This document shows, one piece after another, positions 30,527 to 39,592 of a stretch of DNA of 64,000 nucleotides. Below the pieces are notes generated by a model. The model was not told where the DNA came from, did no database searches, and saw only the letters and a list, made by a program, of their open reading frames with translations. The stretch comes from Candidatus Aphodoplasma sp. (GTDB lineage Bacteria > Bacillota > Clostridia > UBA1381 > UMGS1253). Both the position numbers and the translations under genes were made by a program. Location: contig JAZNVH010000025.1 in NCBI GenBank assembly GCA_045592745.1, positions 130,152 through 194,151 of the forward strand, in the 5' to 3' direction. Every line of letters starts with the position of its first letter. Within the stretch, counting starts at the first letter, position 1.

Positions 30527-32305
30527 ATGGATTCACTAAAGGGTATTAAACGCAGTCATTACTGCGGACAGCTTTCAGAAGCTAATATAGGACAAACAGT
30601 TACAGTTATGGGATGGGTTGACGTATACCGCAATCTTGGTTCGCTTATATTTGTAGATTTGCGCGACCGCTATGGCAAAATTCAGCTTTCTTTTGATACA
30701 GATATTAACAAGGATTTGTTTGAAAAAGCCGCATCACTAAGAAGCGAATATGTTATCGCCGCAATAGGTGAGGTTGTGCTTCGTAGCGCGCCTAATCCAA
30801 AAATTCCTACAGGTACTATCGAAATTAAAGTAAACGAACTTCGTATACTCAGCAAATCCGAAACGCCTCCTTTTGAAATAAAAGATGAAACAGATGTAAA
30901 GGATGAACTCAGATTAAAGTACCGTTATCTTGATTTGCGTCGTAAACCGATGCACCAAAACCTTGTATTAAGACATAAGGTTGCAAAGATTGCACGCGAT
31001 TTCTACGATGAAAACGGTTTTCTTGAAATTGAAACGCCAATTCTTACCAAAAGTACGCCTGAGGGTGCGCGTGATTATCTTGTACCAAGCAGAATACATC
31101 ACGGCAAGTTTTATGCGCTTCCGCAGTCACCACAGCTTTATAAGCAGATTTTGATGCTTTCAGGAATGGACCGATATTTCCAGATTGCAAAGTGCTTCCG
31201 TGATGAAGATTTGCGTGCAGACAGACAGCCCGAATTTACACAAATTGACCTTGAGATGTCATTTGTTGAGATAGACGATGTAATCGAAGTAAATGAACGT
31301 ATGATTGCGCGCGTATTTAAAGAAGTTATGGGAATGGATATACAAACTCCTTTCATGCGTATGCCTTACAAAGAGGCAATGGAGCGTTTTGGTTCTGATA
31401 AGCCCGATACACGTTTTGGACTTGAAATTGTTAATATAAGCAATATTGTAAAAGATTGTGGCTTTGGAGTATTTGCCGGTGCGGTAAAAGACGGCGGTAG
31501 CGTAAGAGCTATAAATATAGATGGTGGCGCAGATAAATTGAGCCGCAAAGACCTCGATTCTCTCGGTGAATTTGTAAAAACATACCGTGCAAAAGGTCTT
31601 GCATGGATGGTACGTGAAGAAAATGGGGTGCGTTCACCAATTGCAAAATTCTTAACAGAAGATGAAATTAATGCAATTTTTGAAAAAATGGGCACTAAGG
31701 TAGGGGATACAGTTGTTTTTGTTGCAGACAAAGACAAAGTTGTGTTTGATTCACTTGGAGCACTCCGCTGTGAAATTGCACGCAGACTTGATTTAATTGA
31801 TAAAAACAAGTTTAACTTATTATGGGTTACAGAATTTCCGCTTCTCGAGTATGACGAGGAAGAGGGACGCTATGTTGCAATGCATCATCCGTTCACTTCG
31901 CCGATGGACGAGGACGTTGAGTTTCTTGAAACTGACCCTGGCCGCGTTCGCGCAAAAGCATATGATATCATATTAAACGGTTGTGAGCTTGGTGGCGGCA
32001 GTATAAGAATATTTAACTCGCAATTGCAGGAGAAAATGTTTGAGGTAATAGGCCTTGAAAAAGAAGAGGCACAGGCACGTTTCGGTTATCTGCTTGAGGC
32101 ATTTAAGTATGGTACACCGCCACATGGCGGCATGGCTTATGGACTTGACAGATTTGTAATGCTTCTTTGCGGAGCAGAATCAATAAGGGAAGTAATTGCA
32201 TTTCCGAAAGTTCAAAACGCTTCAGAACTTATGACAAATTCACCCGATATTGTATATGAAAAGCAATTAGAAGAGCTTGGAATTAAATCCTGCGAAGAAA
32301 AATAA
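30527..32305 (+). CDS. aspS: Aspartyl-tRNA synthetase
   Basis: OB-fold N-terminus, 'FRDEDLRADRQPEFTQ', GAD insertion domain, 'GGGSIR' motif 3. Confidence 0.96.
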   Translation: MDSLKGIKRSHYCGQLSEANIGQTVTVMGWVDVYRNLGSLIFVDLRDRYGKIQLSFDTDINKDLFEKAASLRSEYVIAAIGEVVLRSAPNPKIPTGTIEIKVNELRILSKSETPPFEIKDETDVKDELRLKYRYLDLRRKPMHQNLVLRHKVAKIARDFYDENGFLEIETPILTKSTPEGARDYLVPSRIHHGKFYALPQSPQLYKQILMLSGMDRYFQIAKCFRDEDLRADRQPEFTQIDLEMSFVEIDDVIEVNERMIARVFKEVMGMDIQTPFMRMPYKEAMERFGSDKPDTRFGLEIVNISNIVKDCGFGVFAGAVKDGGSVRAINIDGGADKLSRKDLDSLGEFVKTYRAKGLAWMVREENGVRSPIAKFLTEDEINAIFEKMGTKVGDTVVFVADKDKVVFDSLGALRCEIARRLDLIDKNKFNLLWVTEFPLLEYDEEEGRYVAMHHPFTSPMDEDVEFLETDPGRVRAKAYDIILNGCELGGGSIRIFNSQLQEKMFEVIGLEKEEAQARFGYLLEAFKYGTPPHGGMAYGLDRFVMLLCGAESIREVIAFPKVQNASELMTNSPDIVYEKQLEELGIKSCEEK

Positions 32306-32316
32306 ATAAAAACTAA

Positions 32317-32360
32317 AACCTTGTATCAGTAAAAAGAATTCTTGATACAAGGTTTTTTTA
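32317..32360 (+). terminator. Rho-independent terminator after aspS
   Basis: 12-bp stem aaccttgtatca (32317-28) pairs with tgatacaaggtt (32343-54), followed by TTTTTTT. Confidence 0.75.
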
Positions 32361-32395
32361 TGTCATAAATAAGAAATAGGGGAAATTTTTAAATA

Positions 32396-32435
32396 AATCT
32401 AATTCTTATAAATTGTTCTTTATAAGAATTAGATG
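32396..32435 (-). terminator. Perfect 16-bp AT-rich inverted repeat, probable terminator of the 32454-33245 gene
   Basis: atctaattcttataaa (32397-412) pairs with tttataagaattagat (32419-34). On the minus strand it is followed by TTATTTAAAAATTT. Confidence 0.45.
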
Positions 32436-32453
32436 TGTATTTTTAAAGAAATA

Positions 32454-33245
32454 TCAGTTATATATCTCTTTGTTACATATTTCGCATCCACTACACATTA
32501 TAATCCGGTTATCAAAAATTTTCTGAAGTGTTTCTAATAACTGTTTATTTTTTATTTTCTGGAACTGATGTATTATAATTTTCTGTGGCGCCATACTTAT
32601 AAGTGCTGATAATAAAAAATCATCTTCATTTATTATATCCTGCTCGTTTTCAAGACTTATCCCCAAAACCTGACTCTGTGAGAGCTCTTCAAAATTTTCG
32701 TCACATATACTGTATCGTTTATCACTTTTTAAAAAGATATGAGCAAGCTTAATTATTGGCATTTGCAATGCTACAAACTCTTTAAGCATCATTATGAAGT
32801 TTTCATACTCAGTTTTTACAAAATAATCATCTACAATATAATCTATTAATTTTTCAAGTTCTTCTATATATTTTCCCAATCTGAACAGTATAAATCCTTC
32901 TAAAACTATACTGTCTTTATTTTCTTTCCTAAAATAATTATCCAATTCGCCTTTTATAAGGTTTTTATTAGCATTGCTCTCGCTCAAACAAATGTTCGAA
33001 AAAGCTTTTTTTGCAGATTTGTATATATCTATTTTATCTTTTTTATCAAAATAATCATAATTTCTATTAATTATAAGCTTTAAAAAATACTCATTATATT
33101 TATCTATAATATATGTTGCTAAGTCATCATAAAACTGCTCAACATCCTGCATATTCTGAAAATTAAATGTTATATAATTAATTTTTGAATCATTTGTAAG
33201 TCCAAGAGATAACGTTTTTATCACACGTTCACACCCTTCTTTCAA
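32454..33245 (-). CDS. Hypothetical protein, possibly a YtxC-like sporulation protein
   Basis: 263-aa soluble, K/E/D/N-rich ORF with a C-terminal 'CSGCEIC' motif. Its size and its position near aaRS genes in a spore-former recall YtxC. That assignment is from memory and was not verified. The start may be the GTG at 33224. Confidence 0.4.
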   Translation of the reverse strand: MKEGCERVIKTLSLGLTNDSKINYITFNFQNMQDVEQFYDDLATYIIDKYNEYFLKLIINRNYDYFDKKDKIDIYKSAKKAFSNICLSESNANKNLIKGELDNYFRKENKDSIVLEGFILFRLGKYIEELEKLIDYIVDDYFVKTEYENFIMMLKEFVALQMPIIKLAHIFLKSDKRYSICDENFEELSQSQVLGISLENEQDIINEDDFLLSALISMAPQKIIIHQFQKIKNKQLLETLQKIFDNRIIMCSGCEICNKEIYN

Positions 33246-33299
33246 GATAGATTTAGTATGTCAATCACGTGTGTATATATTCAAGCAAAAATAGGTATA

Positions 33300-34046
33300 T
33301 TAAGCGTATGCAATCGGAAGAATTGAGCCTATATCTACTATATTATCGGGTGTTAAGTTTTTGACCTTTACACCATGCTTGCTGCAAAATCCAGAAATTT
33401 CCATAAAATTAATATGTTTTTCCACATTACCTGCAACAGCTAAAACATCTTTGCTTATAAGTCCTGTAGCTCCTCCAAAAAAGCCGTATTCAAAGCCTTT
33501 TAACAAAACATCGCCTGTATTTATTTTTAATACATCCATACCGTTTTCCACACCTTTTTCATATATGGAAACATCGTCTGTTATAAAGGTATTTTCTGCT
33601 ACAATGCAAACGTTGCATTTGCTATATCCCTGAGCCACATCTATAAATTGTACATTTTTGCTTTGCTGCTGTATTATTGCGTCTGTATACTTTGTATTGT
33701 GAAATGCAAAATTTGAAACTCGCGCTACATTATATGCAATATCAAATGGATATGTACCTGTGACTTTTGAAAAACCTTTTATTAATTTTATGCCCGGCAG
33801 AGTGAGCGTTTGCATATAATAATCATAAGCAGAAGGTTCACAAACAAAAGTATTTCCGCCTATATGATATATCCCCATATCAGGATGTGTGCTTACCGCA
33901 TCCTGCAAAGAAGCAATTTTACAGCTTAGAAACACTGTTATGCCCATATCTTCAAGAGATTTTATAATTTTTTTGTCGCTATAACAGTCTATTATAACAT
34001 AACCAACTTGTCTTTTTGGCAAATTAGGCACTGATAAAAACTCCAT
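33300..34046 (-). CDS. Conserved hypothetical protein, function unknown
   Basis: 248-aa ORF with a strong AAGGGGAG RBS. It has no motif I can assign with confidence. 'THPDM', 'YPFDIAYN' and 'FFGGATG' faintly recall guanidino-modifying/pentein-fold enzymes. Confidence 0.55.
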   Translation of the reverse strand: MEFLSVPNLPKRQVGYVIIDCYSDKKIIKSLEDMGITVFLSCKIASLQDAVSTHPDMGIYHIGGNTFVCEPSAYDYYMQTLTLPGIKLIKGFSKVTGTYPFDIAYNVARVSNFAFHNTKYTDAIIQQQSKNVQFIDVAQGYSKCNVCIVAENTFITDDVSIYEKGVENGMDVLKINTGDVLLKGFEYGFFGGATGLISKDVLAVAGNVEKHINFMEISGFCSKHGVKVKNLTPDNIVDIGSILPIAYA

Positions 34047-34164
34047 GCTCTCCCCTTCTTCTTTCTTTAAGTTTGTTTCAAGCTCTTTTTTGTTTACATA
34101 ATATAATTATAGTAAATTTAATGCTTTTATTCACAAAACAAATATTTTGTCATAAATTAATATT

Positions 34165-34262
34165 GTAATAAACAGCTTTGGTATTTTCGGCCAAACCAAA
34201 AGTTAGGCCGTTAAAATACTCCGCAGGAATTTGCCCCTCCTTAATTCCTGCGGACTTTTTTT
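34165..34262 (+). ncRNA. Candidate small RNA (orphan plus-strand terminator with no plus-strand gene upstream)
   Basis: Hairpin cggcc/ggccg (34188-34210), then an 11-bp stem ccgcaggaatt (34221-31) / aattcctgcgg (34243-53) with loop tgCCCCTCCtt, followed by acTTTTTTT. A weak possible promoter is TTCACA-17-TAAATT at 34130-58. The 5' end is a guess. Confidence 0.3.
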
Positions 34263-34265
34263 ATC

Positions 34266-34305
34266 TATAAAAAAGTATCCGCAACACTATACTGTTTGCG
34301 AATAC
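34266..34305 (-). terminator. Rho-independent terminator of the ireB-like gene
   Basis: On the minus strand GTATTCGCAA and TTGCGGATAC pair at 9 of 10 positions, followed by TTTTTTAT. Confidence 0.65.
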
Positions 34306-34320
34306 TTTAAAATTTTTTTA

Positions 34321-34575
34321 TTAAAGCTCTTTTAAATAATTTTTAACAAGCTCTTCCAATATTTCATCACGCTCAACGCGGTTTATAATGCTTCGTGCGT
34401 TATTATAATTAGTGATGTATGTCGGGTCACCGGAGAGAATATATCCCACAATCTGGCTTACCGGATTATAACCTTTAACCCTTAAAGCATTATACACTGT
34501 ACATATAATTTCGCGCACCTCTTTTGTGCGTTCATTTTCCATATTATCAAATTTCATTGTTTCGTAATTAGGCAT
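34321..34575 (-). CDS. IreB family regulatory phosphoprotein (UPF0297/YrzL)
   Basis: 84 aa. 'V..AL..KGYNPV.QI.GY..SGDP.YI' is the family signature. Confidence 0.85.
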   Translation of the reverse strand: MPNYETMKFDNMENERTKEVREIICTVYNALRVKGYNPVSQIVGYILSGDPTYITNYNNARSIINRVERDEILEELVKNYLKEL

Positions 34576-34607
34576 ATATTTCGCCTCCTTTATTAAAATA
34601 CAACATC

Positions 34608-34636
34608 ATTATACTATAAAAAAACAAACAATTCAA
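34608..34636 (-). promoter_or_regulatory. SigA-type promoter for the ireB-like gene
   Basis: Minus strand TTGAAT, 17-nt spacer, TATAAT. Confidence 0.6.
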
Positions 34637-34669
34637 GAATTTTTTTAATAGTTTATATACAATTTACAA

Positions 34670-35125
34670 TTAATACACAAACATATACATTATAATTGCA
34701 ATAGCAATTCCAAGTGTAGCGCCTGCAATCACTTCAAACGGAGTATGTCCTATAAGCTCTTTTAGTCTTTCGCCCTGTATTTTTGGTCCTTCATCCCAAT
34801 GTTCTATAATCTGATTAAGTATAGCTGCCTGTTTTCCTGCTGCACGTCTCACGCCTGAAGCATCGTACATAACTACTAAAGCAAGCACGAAACATATAGC
34901 AAAACCTTCGCTATCAAAGCCATTTTTTAATCCTATCATAACAGCAAGCGATGTAACAAATGATGAATGTGAACTTGGCATACCACCCGAGCCAACAAAG
35001 CGTGAAAAATCAAAACGCTTTTCGCTGACAAGCACGGTAATTACCTTGATAAGTTGTGCGACAAACCACGAAAGAATTGCCACCCAAAAAGCCTGATTGT
35101 AATATAACTCATAAAAAAAAGTCAT
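34670..35125 (-). CDS. Divergent PAP2 family membrane protein (YuiD-like)
   Basis: 'GGMPSSHS', 'MYDA.GVRR..G.QA' and 'GHTP.EV..G' motifs of the acid phosphatase / vanadium-haloperoxidase-related family. Confidence 0.85.
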   Translation of the reverse strand: MTFFYELYYNQAFWVAILSWFVAQLIKVITVLVSEKRFDFSRFVGSGGMPSSHSSFVTSLAVMIGLKNGFDSEGFAICFVLALVVMYDASGVRRAAGKQAAILNQIIEHWDEGPKIQGERLKELIGHTPFEVIAGATLGIAIAIIMYMFVY

Positions 35126-35145
35126 AATTTTCTCTCCTATGTAAA

Positions 35146-36027
35146 TTAATTATCTCTTTTCAAAAGATAATCAGTGAAATCAATTAAAAAACTTGCTTTT
35201 TCTCCAAATTCACCAAGCAGCGCCTTTGCTTTATTTGTGCTTTCTTCAAGCATCTCTTTTGCTTTGTCAATGCCATAAAGCGACACATAGGTATTTTTAC
35301 AAAGCTCGCTGTCTCCGCCTATAGGCTTGCCAAGTTTTAATGCGTCGCCTTCTACATCTAAAATATCATCTTTTATCTGAAATGCGAGTCCAAGATTTAT
35401 AGAATATTCTTCTAATAGCTTGATTTTTTCCTCATCTGCGCCGGCACAAATCGCACCACAAACAGCAGCGCTTCGAATAAGTGCCCCTGTCTTTTTTGTA
35501 TGAAGCTGTCGCATTGTATCTTCATCAATAACCTTATTTTCGCTTAATATATCAATAACCTGACCACCGATCATACCGCCAATTCCAGAGCAAGCCGCCA
35601 TATAAGATGCTGCTTTAATAGTTTTTTCGGGATTTGTATATGCGCTTGAAAGCATTGTTTCAAAAGCGTAATTCAAAAGTGCATCGCCTGCTAAAACAGC
35701 AATCGCCTCACCAAAAACAATATGATTAGTTTTTCGTCCACGGCGCAAATTAGAATTATCCATAGCCGGCAAGTCATCATGTATAAGCGAATATGTATGA
35801 ATCATTTCAAGTGCACACGCAAATGGCATAACAGCGTCGGTGTTATCATTAAATAATTCACATGACGCCATCATCAGCACCGGTCTTATACGTTTTCCAC
35901 CTGCAAACAAGCTGTATCGCATAGACTCAAGTATTGTTGACGGTACGTCTGTTTTATTTTCGAGATACTTTTCAAGATATGTATTTATAGTATTTACTTT
36001 GTTATTAAATTCCGTCTTAAAATCCAT
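35146..36027 (-). CDS. ispA: Farnesyl diphosphate synthase (polyprenyl synthetase)
   Basis: First and second Asp-rich motifs ('LIHDDLPAMDN', 'FQIKDDILD'). The ATG at 36027 with a GGAGAA RBS lies just after the xseB stop. Confidence 0.9.
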   Translation of the reverse strand: MDFKTEFNNKVNTINTYLEKYLENKTDVPSTILESMRYSLFAGGKRIRPVLMMASCELFNDNTDAVMPFACALEMIHTYSLIHDDLPAMDNSNLRRGRKTNHIVFGEAIAVLAGDALLNYAFETMLSSAYTNPEKTIKAASYMAACSGIGGMIGGQVIDILSENKVIDEDTMRQLHTKKTGALIRSAAVCGAICAGADEEKIKLLEEYSINLGLAFQIKDDILDVEGDALKLGKPIGGDSELCKNTYVSLYGIDKAKEMLEESTNKAKALLGEFGEKASFLIDFTDYLLKRDN

Positions 36028-36028
36028 A

Positions 36029-36277
36029 TTATTCTCCATCTTTCGACAAAAAATCACTTTCAATTATTTCGCCATCTTTTTTCAAAAGGACATTAACCTT
36101 GTGTTCTGCTTCATCAAGTAGTTTATTGCATTGCCCCGACAAAACCACACCACGCTCAAATAATTTCAAAGATTCATCGAGTGAAATGTCATTTTTTTCA
36201 AGGTTTTTCACTATTTCTTCGAGTTCTTCAATACTTTTTTCAAGGTTTATAGTTTCGTTTTTCTTACTTGCACTCAT
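36029..36277 (-). CDS. xseB: Exodeoxyribonuclease VII small subunit
   Basis: 'LE.SIEELEEIV..LE....LDESL.LFE.G' XseB pattern. ATG at 36277 follows AAGGAAG. Confidence 0.9.
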   Translation of the reverse strand: MSASKKNETINLEKSIEELEEIVKNLEKNDISLDESLKLFERGVVLSGQCNKLLDEAEHKVNVLLKKDGEIIESDFLSKDGE

Positions 36278-36306
36278 TATTTTCTTCCTTTCATGCAAAA
36301 TTTTTA

Positions 36307-37503
36307 CTATATAAATTTTGCTCTTGTACTTCCGTCAGAAAGCACAAGCTCAAATTCATCGCCTTTTACTGCATCAGCTATAGCTTTTATTACATGTCCA
36401 TCGTCTTGTCTTGCTATACTGTATCCCCTGCCCAGTACAGCCAAAGGACTCATCGCATCAAGCTTTCCCGCTACAAGCTTAAACTTATCAGTTTTCTTTG
36501 ATATAACAAGCCTTACATTTCTTTCAAGCCTCTTTGTAAGGTCATCTATAAAAATTCTTGTATCAGCAAGTTTTGCCTTTGGATTTTTCGGTTCGAGCTT
36601 TGAAAGCATTTCTCTTTTAAATTTTATAAGATTAAGCATAGAAAATACTATTCGCGATTTTAAAGAAGAAATTTTCTCGTTAAGCTCATAAACAGAAGGC
36701 ACTGCAATCTCTGCTGCTGCAGAAGGCGTCGGTGCACGCATATCAGCCACAAAATCAGCGATTGTAAAATCAGTTTCATGTCCAACTGCTGATATAACCG
36801 GTATCTTAGATGCAAAAATGGCGCGCGCTGTCGCCTCTTCGTTAAATGCCCACAAATCCTCAATTGAACCGCCACCTCGGCCAACAATCATGACATCAAC
36901 ACTTTGTGTATCATTAAAGTATTTTATACCTTCACAAATACCTGCTGAAGCGCCATCACCCTGAACAAGCGATGGATAAATAACTACTTTTGCGCACGGA
37001 TAACGGCGTGAGAGTACATTTATTATATCACGTATTGCCGCGCCTGTTGTCGCAGTAATTACTCCGATAGACATAGGGTATTTAGGAATTGGCTTTTTAA
37101 ACTCCTCGTTAAACAGTCCTTCCTGAGCAAGCTTTGCCTTTAATTGTTCATACGCAATATGAAGTGAGCCAACCCCATCAGGCTGCATTTCTTCAATATA
37201 CAATTGATACGCACCATCGCGTTCATACACAGACACTCTTCCGCGCGCCATTACCTTCATACCGTTTTCAGGAGTAAAGCTAAGATGCGCCGCGCTCGAT
37301 TTAAACATAACAGCTTTTAAAACTCCGCCTTCATCTTTAAGCGTAAGATAACAATGCCCCGAATAGTGTTGCTTAAAGTTTGAAATCTCTCCCTTGACCC
37401 ATATATTGTTTAAAATTTGTGCGCCATCTAAAACCTGTTTTATAAATTTATTAAGCTGTGATACGGTTGCGGTATATATTTTTTCCTCCAATACATACTC
37501 CAC
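36307..37503 (-). CDS. xseA: Exodeoxyribonuclease VII large subunit
   Basis: OB-fold N-terminus ('VKGEISNFK.H.SGH.Y..LKD'), 'VGRGGGS.EDLW.FN' and 'ISAVGHETD'. The start is ambiguous (GTG 37503 or TTG 37491). Confidence 0.93.
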   Translation of the reverse strand: MEYVLEEKIYTATVSQLNKFIKQVLDGAQILNNIWVKGEISNFKQHYSGHCYLTLKDEGGVLKAVMFKSSAAHLSFTPENGMKVMARGRVSVYERDGAYQLYIEEMQPDGVGSLHIAYEQLKAKLAQEGLFNEEFKKPIPKYPMSIGVITATTGAAIRDIINVLSRRYPCAKVVIYPSLVQGDGASAGICEGIKYFNDTQSVDVMIVGRGGGSIEDLWAFNEEATARAIFASKIPVISAVGHETDFTIADFVADMRAPTPSAAAEIAVPSVYELNEKISSLKSRIVFSMLNLIKFKREMLSKLEPKNPKAKLADTRIFIDDLTKRLERNVRLVISKKTDKFKLVAGKLDAMSPLAVLGRGYSIARQDDGHVIKAIADAVKGDEFELVLSDGSTRAKFI

Positions 37504-37526
37504 CCTTCATATCTGTTTTTTTTAGC

Positions 37527-37943
37527 TTATTTATTGCCTTTTAAAGCCCCGCTAAGCACTCCGTTGATAAACGAAGGTGCCTCATCAACGTCATACAGCT
37601 TTGCAAGCTCAACCGCTTCGTTTACCGATACTTTGTCCGGTATGTCTTCAACATAAACGATTTCGTACAAAGCCAGACGCAATACAGCAAGACTCACCTT
37701 TGAAAGACGCTCTATTTTCCATCCTGATTTTAGGTTCCCTGTAATCATATCGTCGAGAGTATTCATATTTTCAAACACTCCGTTTGCCGTCGAAACAATA
37801 TAATTGTACTGCTTTTTATCTGTCTTTTTAAGCTCTTCATTATCCGCCTCAAACATATCAACTACTTCCGGATAAGAATCTTTATGTGCTGTAATCTGAA
37901 ATACGAGCTTAAAAGCCTCGCATCTTGCTTCTGTTCTGTTCAT
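37527..37943 (-). CDS. nusB: Transcription antitermination factor NusB
   Basis: 138 aa. 'R..A....F', 'L..E.........P..V.INEAVELAK' NusB pattern. Confidence 0.92.
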   Translation of the reverse strand: MNRTEARCEAFKLVFQITAHKDSYPEVVDMFEADNEELKKTDKKQYNYIVSTANGVFENMNTLDDMITGNLKSGWKIERLSKVSLAVLRLALYEIVYVEDIPDKVSVNEAVELAKLYDVDEAPSFINGVLSGALKGNK

Positions 37944-37967
37944 ATGTGACCTCCAAAAAAGTGATTT

Positions 37968-38402
37968 TTAGTCCTCAAGCGACATAATTTTCTCTACACG
38001 CTTAGCATGGCGTCCGCCCTCAAACGATGCAGACAAATACGAATTAACAATTTCAAGCGCAATTTCAGGGCCGGTTGTTCTTCCGCCAAGGCACAACACA
38101 TTTGCATCGTTATGCATTCTGCACATTTTTGCATCAAAACTACTGTGACAAAGCGCCGCTCTTATTCCGCGCACCTTGTTTGCTGCAATGCTTATTCCAA
38201 TGCCTGTCCCGCACACCAAAATTGCACGTTCGCACTCATTTTTTACAACGGCCTGGCATACATCCTTTGCAACATCGGGATAATCAACTGAATCTGTATT
38301 ATAGCACCCAAAATCCTTAACATCAACATTTTTTTCTTTCAAAAATTCGATAATTTTTGCTTTTAACTCAAAACCACCATGGTCACTTCCGATTGCTATC
38401 AT
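37968..38402 (-). CDS. rpiB: Ribose-5-phosphate isomerase B
   Basis: 'IAIGSDHGGFELK' and 'ILVCGTGIGISIAANK' RpiB/LacAB motifs. Confidence 0.93.
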   Translation of the reverse strand: MIAIGSDHGGFELKAKIIEFLKEKNVDVKDFGCYNTDSVDYPDVAKDVCQAVVKNECERAILVCGTGIGISIAANKVRGIRAALCHSSFDAKMCRMHNDANVLCLGGRTTGPEIALEIVNSYLSASFEGGRHAKRVEKIMSLED

Positions 38403-38431
38403 TATTTATCCTCCTAAATATATTATGAATT

Positions 38432-39136
38432 TTATTTATTATTTTTTTCGTCATATTCCCTTTCGGCCTGTGATTTTCGAAGGTATATCGGAGTTATTTT
38501 TTCGCATGAAACGGCTTTTCCTGCCTCAATTTTTCCTTTTGCCAAAGCTGCCACAGATGAAGCACGCTGCATATTTGAATTTGCAAACGCAAATCCACAC
38601 ATATTGCCAAGCTCGCTTTCTATCTGTTCTTTAAAGCGAATTATCCCGTCACCAATAAATATAGCTTTTTTATCCTCACGCTTTACAATATCTAAAATTT
38701 CATTTATCGACACAGCACAAGGCTCACAAATTGTACGAAGCTTATCATCTTTCCAACAATAAATGCCGCCGTACACCTGATCACGTCTTGCATCCATAAT
38801 TGGAACTATTAAGCCACTACAATACGGCAAATTATATGCCATCGCCTCAAGTGTGGATACACCTACAATTGGCTTGTTGCTCGCGTGCGCCAATCCTTTT
38901 GCCGTAGCAATGCCTATCCTGAGTCCCGTAAAAGAACCCGGTCCAACCGATATAGCAAATGCATCAACCTCGCTTAGTTTGCTTTCACAGTCTTCCAAAA
39001 GAGAGCTTATCATCGGCATCAGCGTTTGTGAATGTGTTTTTTTGTGATTGATTGTATATTCTCCAACAAGTATGTCATCACATACAAGCGCCGCAGATGC
39101 AACACCTGATGATGCGTCAAGCGCTAAAATCTTCAA
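38432..39136 (-). CDS. tsaB: tRNA t6A37 threonylcarbamoyl transfer protein TsaB
   Basis: '(M)KILALDAS', 'GPGSFTGLRIG'. The TTG at 39136 is preferred (GGGAGTAGG RBS; 7 nt after the tsaE stop). Confidence 0.9.
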   Translation of the reverse strand: MKILALDASSGVASAALVCDDILVGEYTINHKKTHSQTLMPMISSLLEDCESKLSEVDAFAISVGPGSFTGLRIGIATAKGLAHASNKPIVGVSTLEAMAYNLPYCSGLIVPIMDARRDQVYGGIYCWKDDKLRTICEPCAVSINEILDIVKREDKKAIFIGDGIIRFKEQIESELGNMCGFAFANSNMQRASSVAALAKGKIEAGKAVSCEKITPIYLRKSQAEREYDEKNNK

Positions 39137-39143
39137 CGTATAC

Positions 39144-39566
39144 CTACTCCCTTTCAATCAAAATTTCTCTGTAATCATCGCTTATATCGACATTTTTTGT
39201 TATTTTTACACTGATTGTATTATTAGGCAAAATTTCCTCTATTCTCTCAGGCCATTCAATAAGGCATATACCATCGCCAAACAAATAATCATCTATTCCT
39301 ATATCATACATCTCATCGCTGAAATCTATTCTGTATACGTCAAAATGATATATCGGTATATCTGCAATATACTCGTTTATAAGTGTAAAAGTAGGACTGC
39401 TTGTATACCCATTATATCCAAGTGCATTTGCAACTCCTGATACAAATGCCGTTTTACCTGCCCCAAGGTCACCTGTAAGACATACTATATCCCCTCTTTT
39501 TAACTCTTTGGCAAATTCATATGCGATTTTAATAGTATCTTCTCTGCTGTTTGAAACATACTTCAT
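39144..39566 (-). CDS. tsaE: tRNA t6A37 ATPase TsaE
   Basis: 'L.GDLGAGKT.F..G', 'SPTF.L...Y' and 'H.D.YR' motifs. Confidence 0.9.
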   Translation of the reverse strand: MKYVSNSREDTIKIAYEFAKELKRGDIVCLTGDLGAGKTAFVSGVANALGYNGYTSSPTFTLINEYIADIPIYHFDVYRIDFSDEMYDIGIDDYLFGDGICLIEWPERIEEILPNNTISVKITKNVDISDDYREILIERE

Positions 39567-39592
39567 AATTATCTTGTAATCCTCTTTTCAAA

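Noticed and set aside
32396-32435. A perfect 16-bp AT-rich palindrome, considered as a regulator-binding operator.
   Set aside because: It sits 20 nt downstream of a minus-strand stop codon between convergent genes and is followed by a U-rich stretch. The simplest explanation is a terminator, and it is listed as such with modest confidence.
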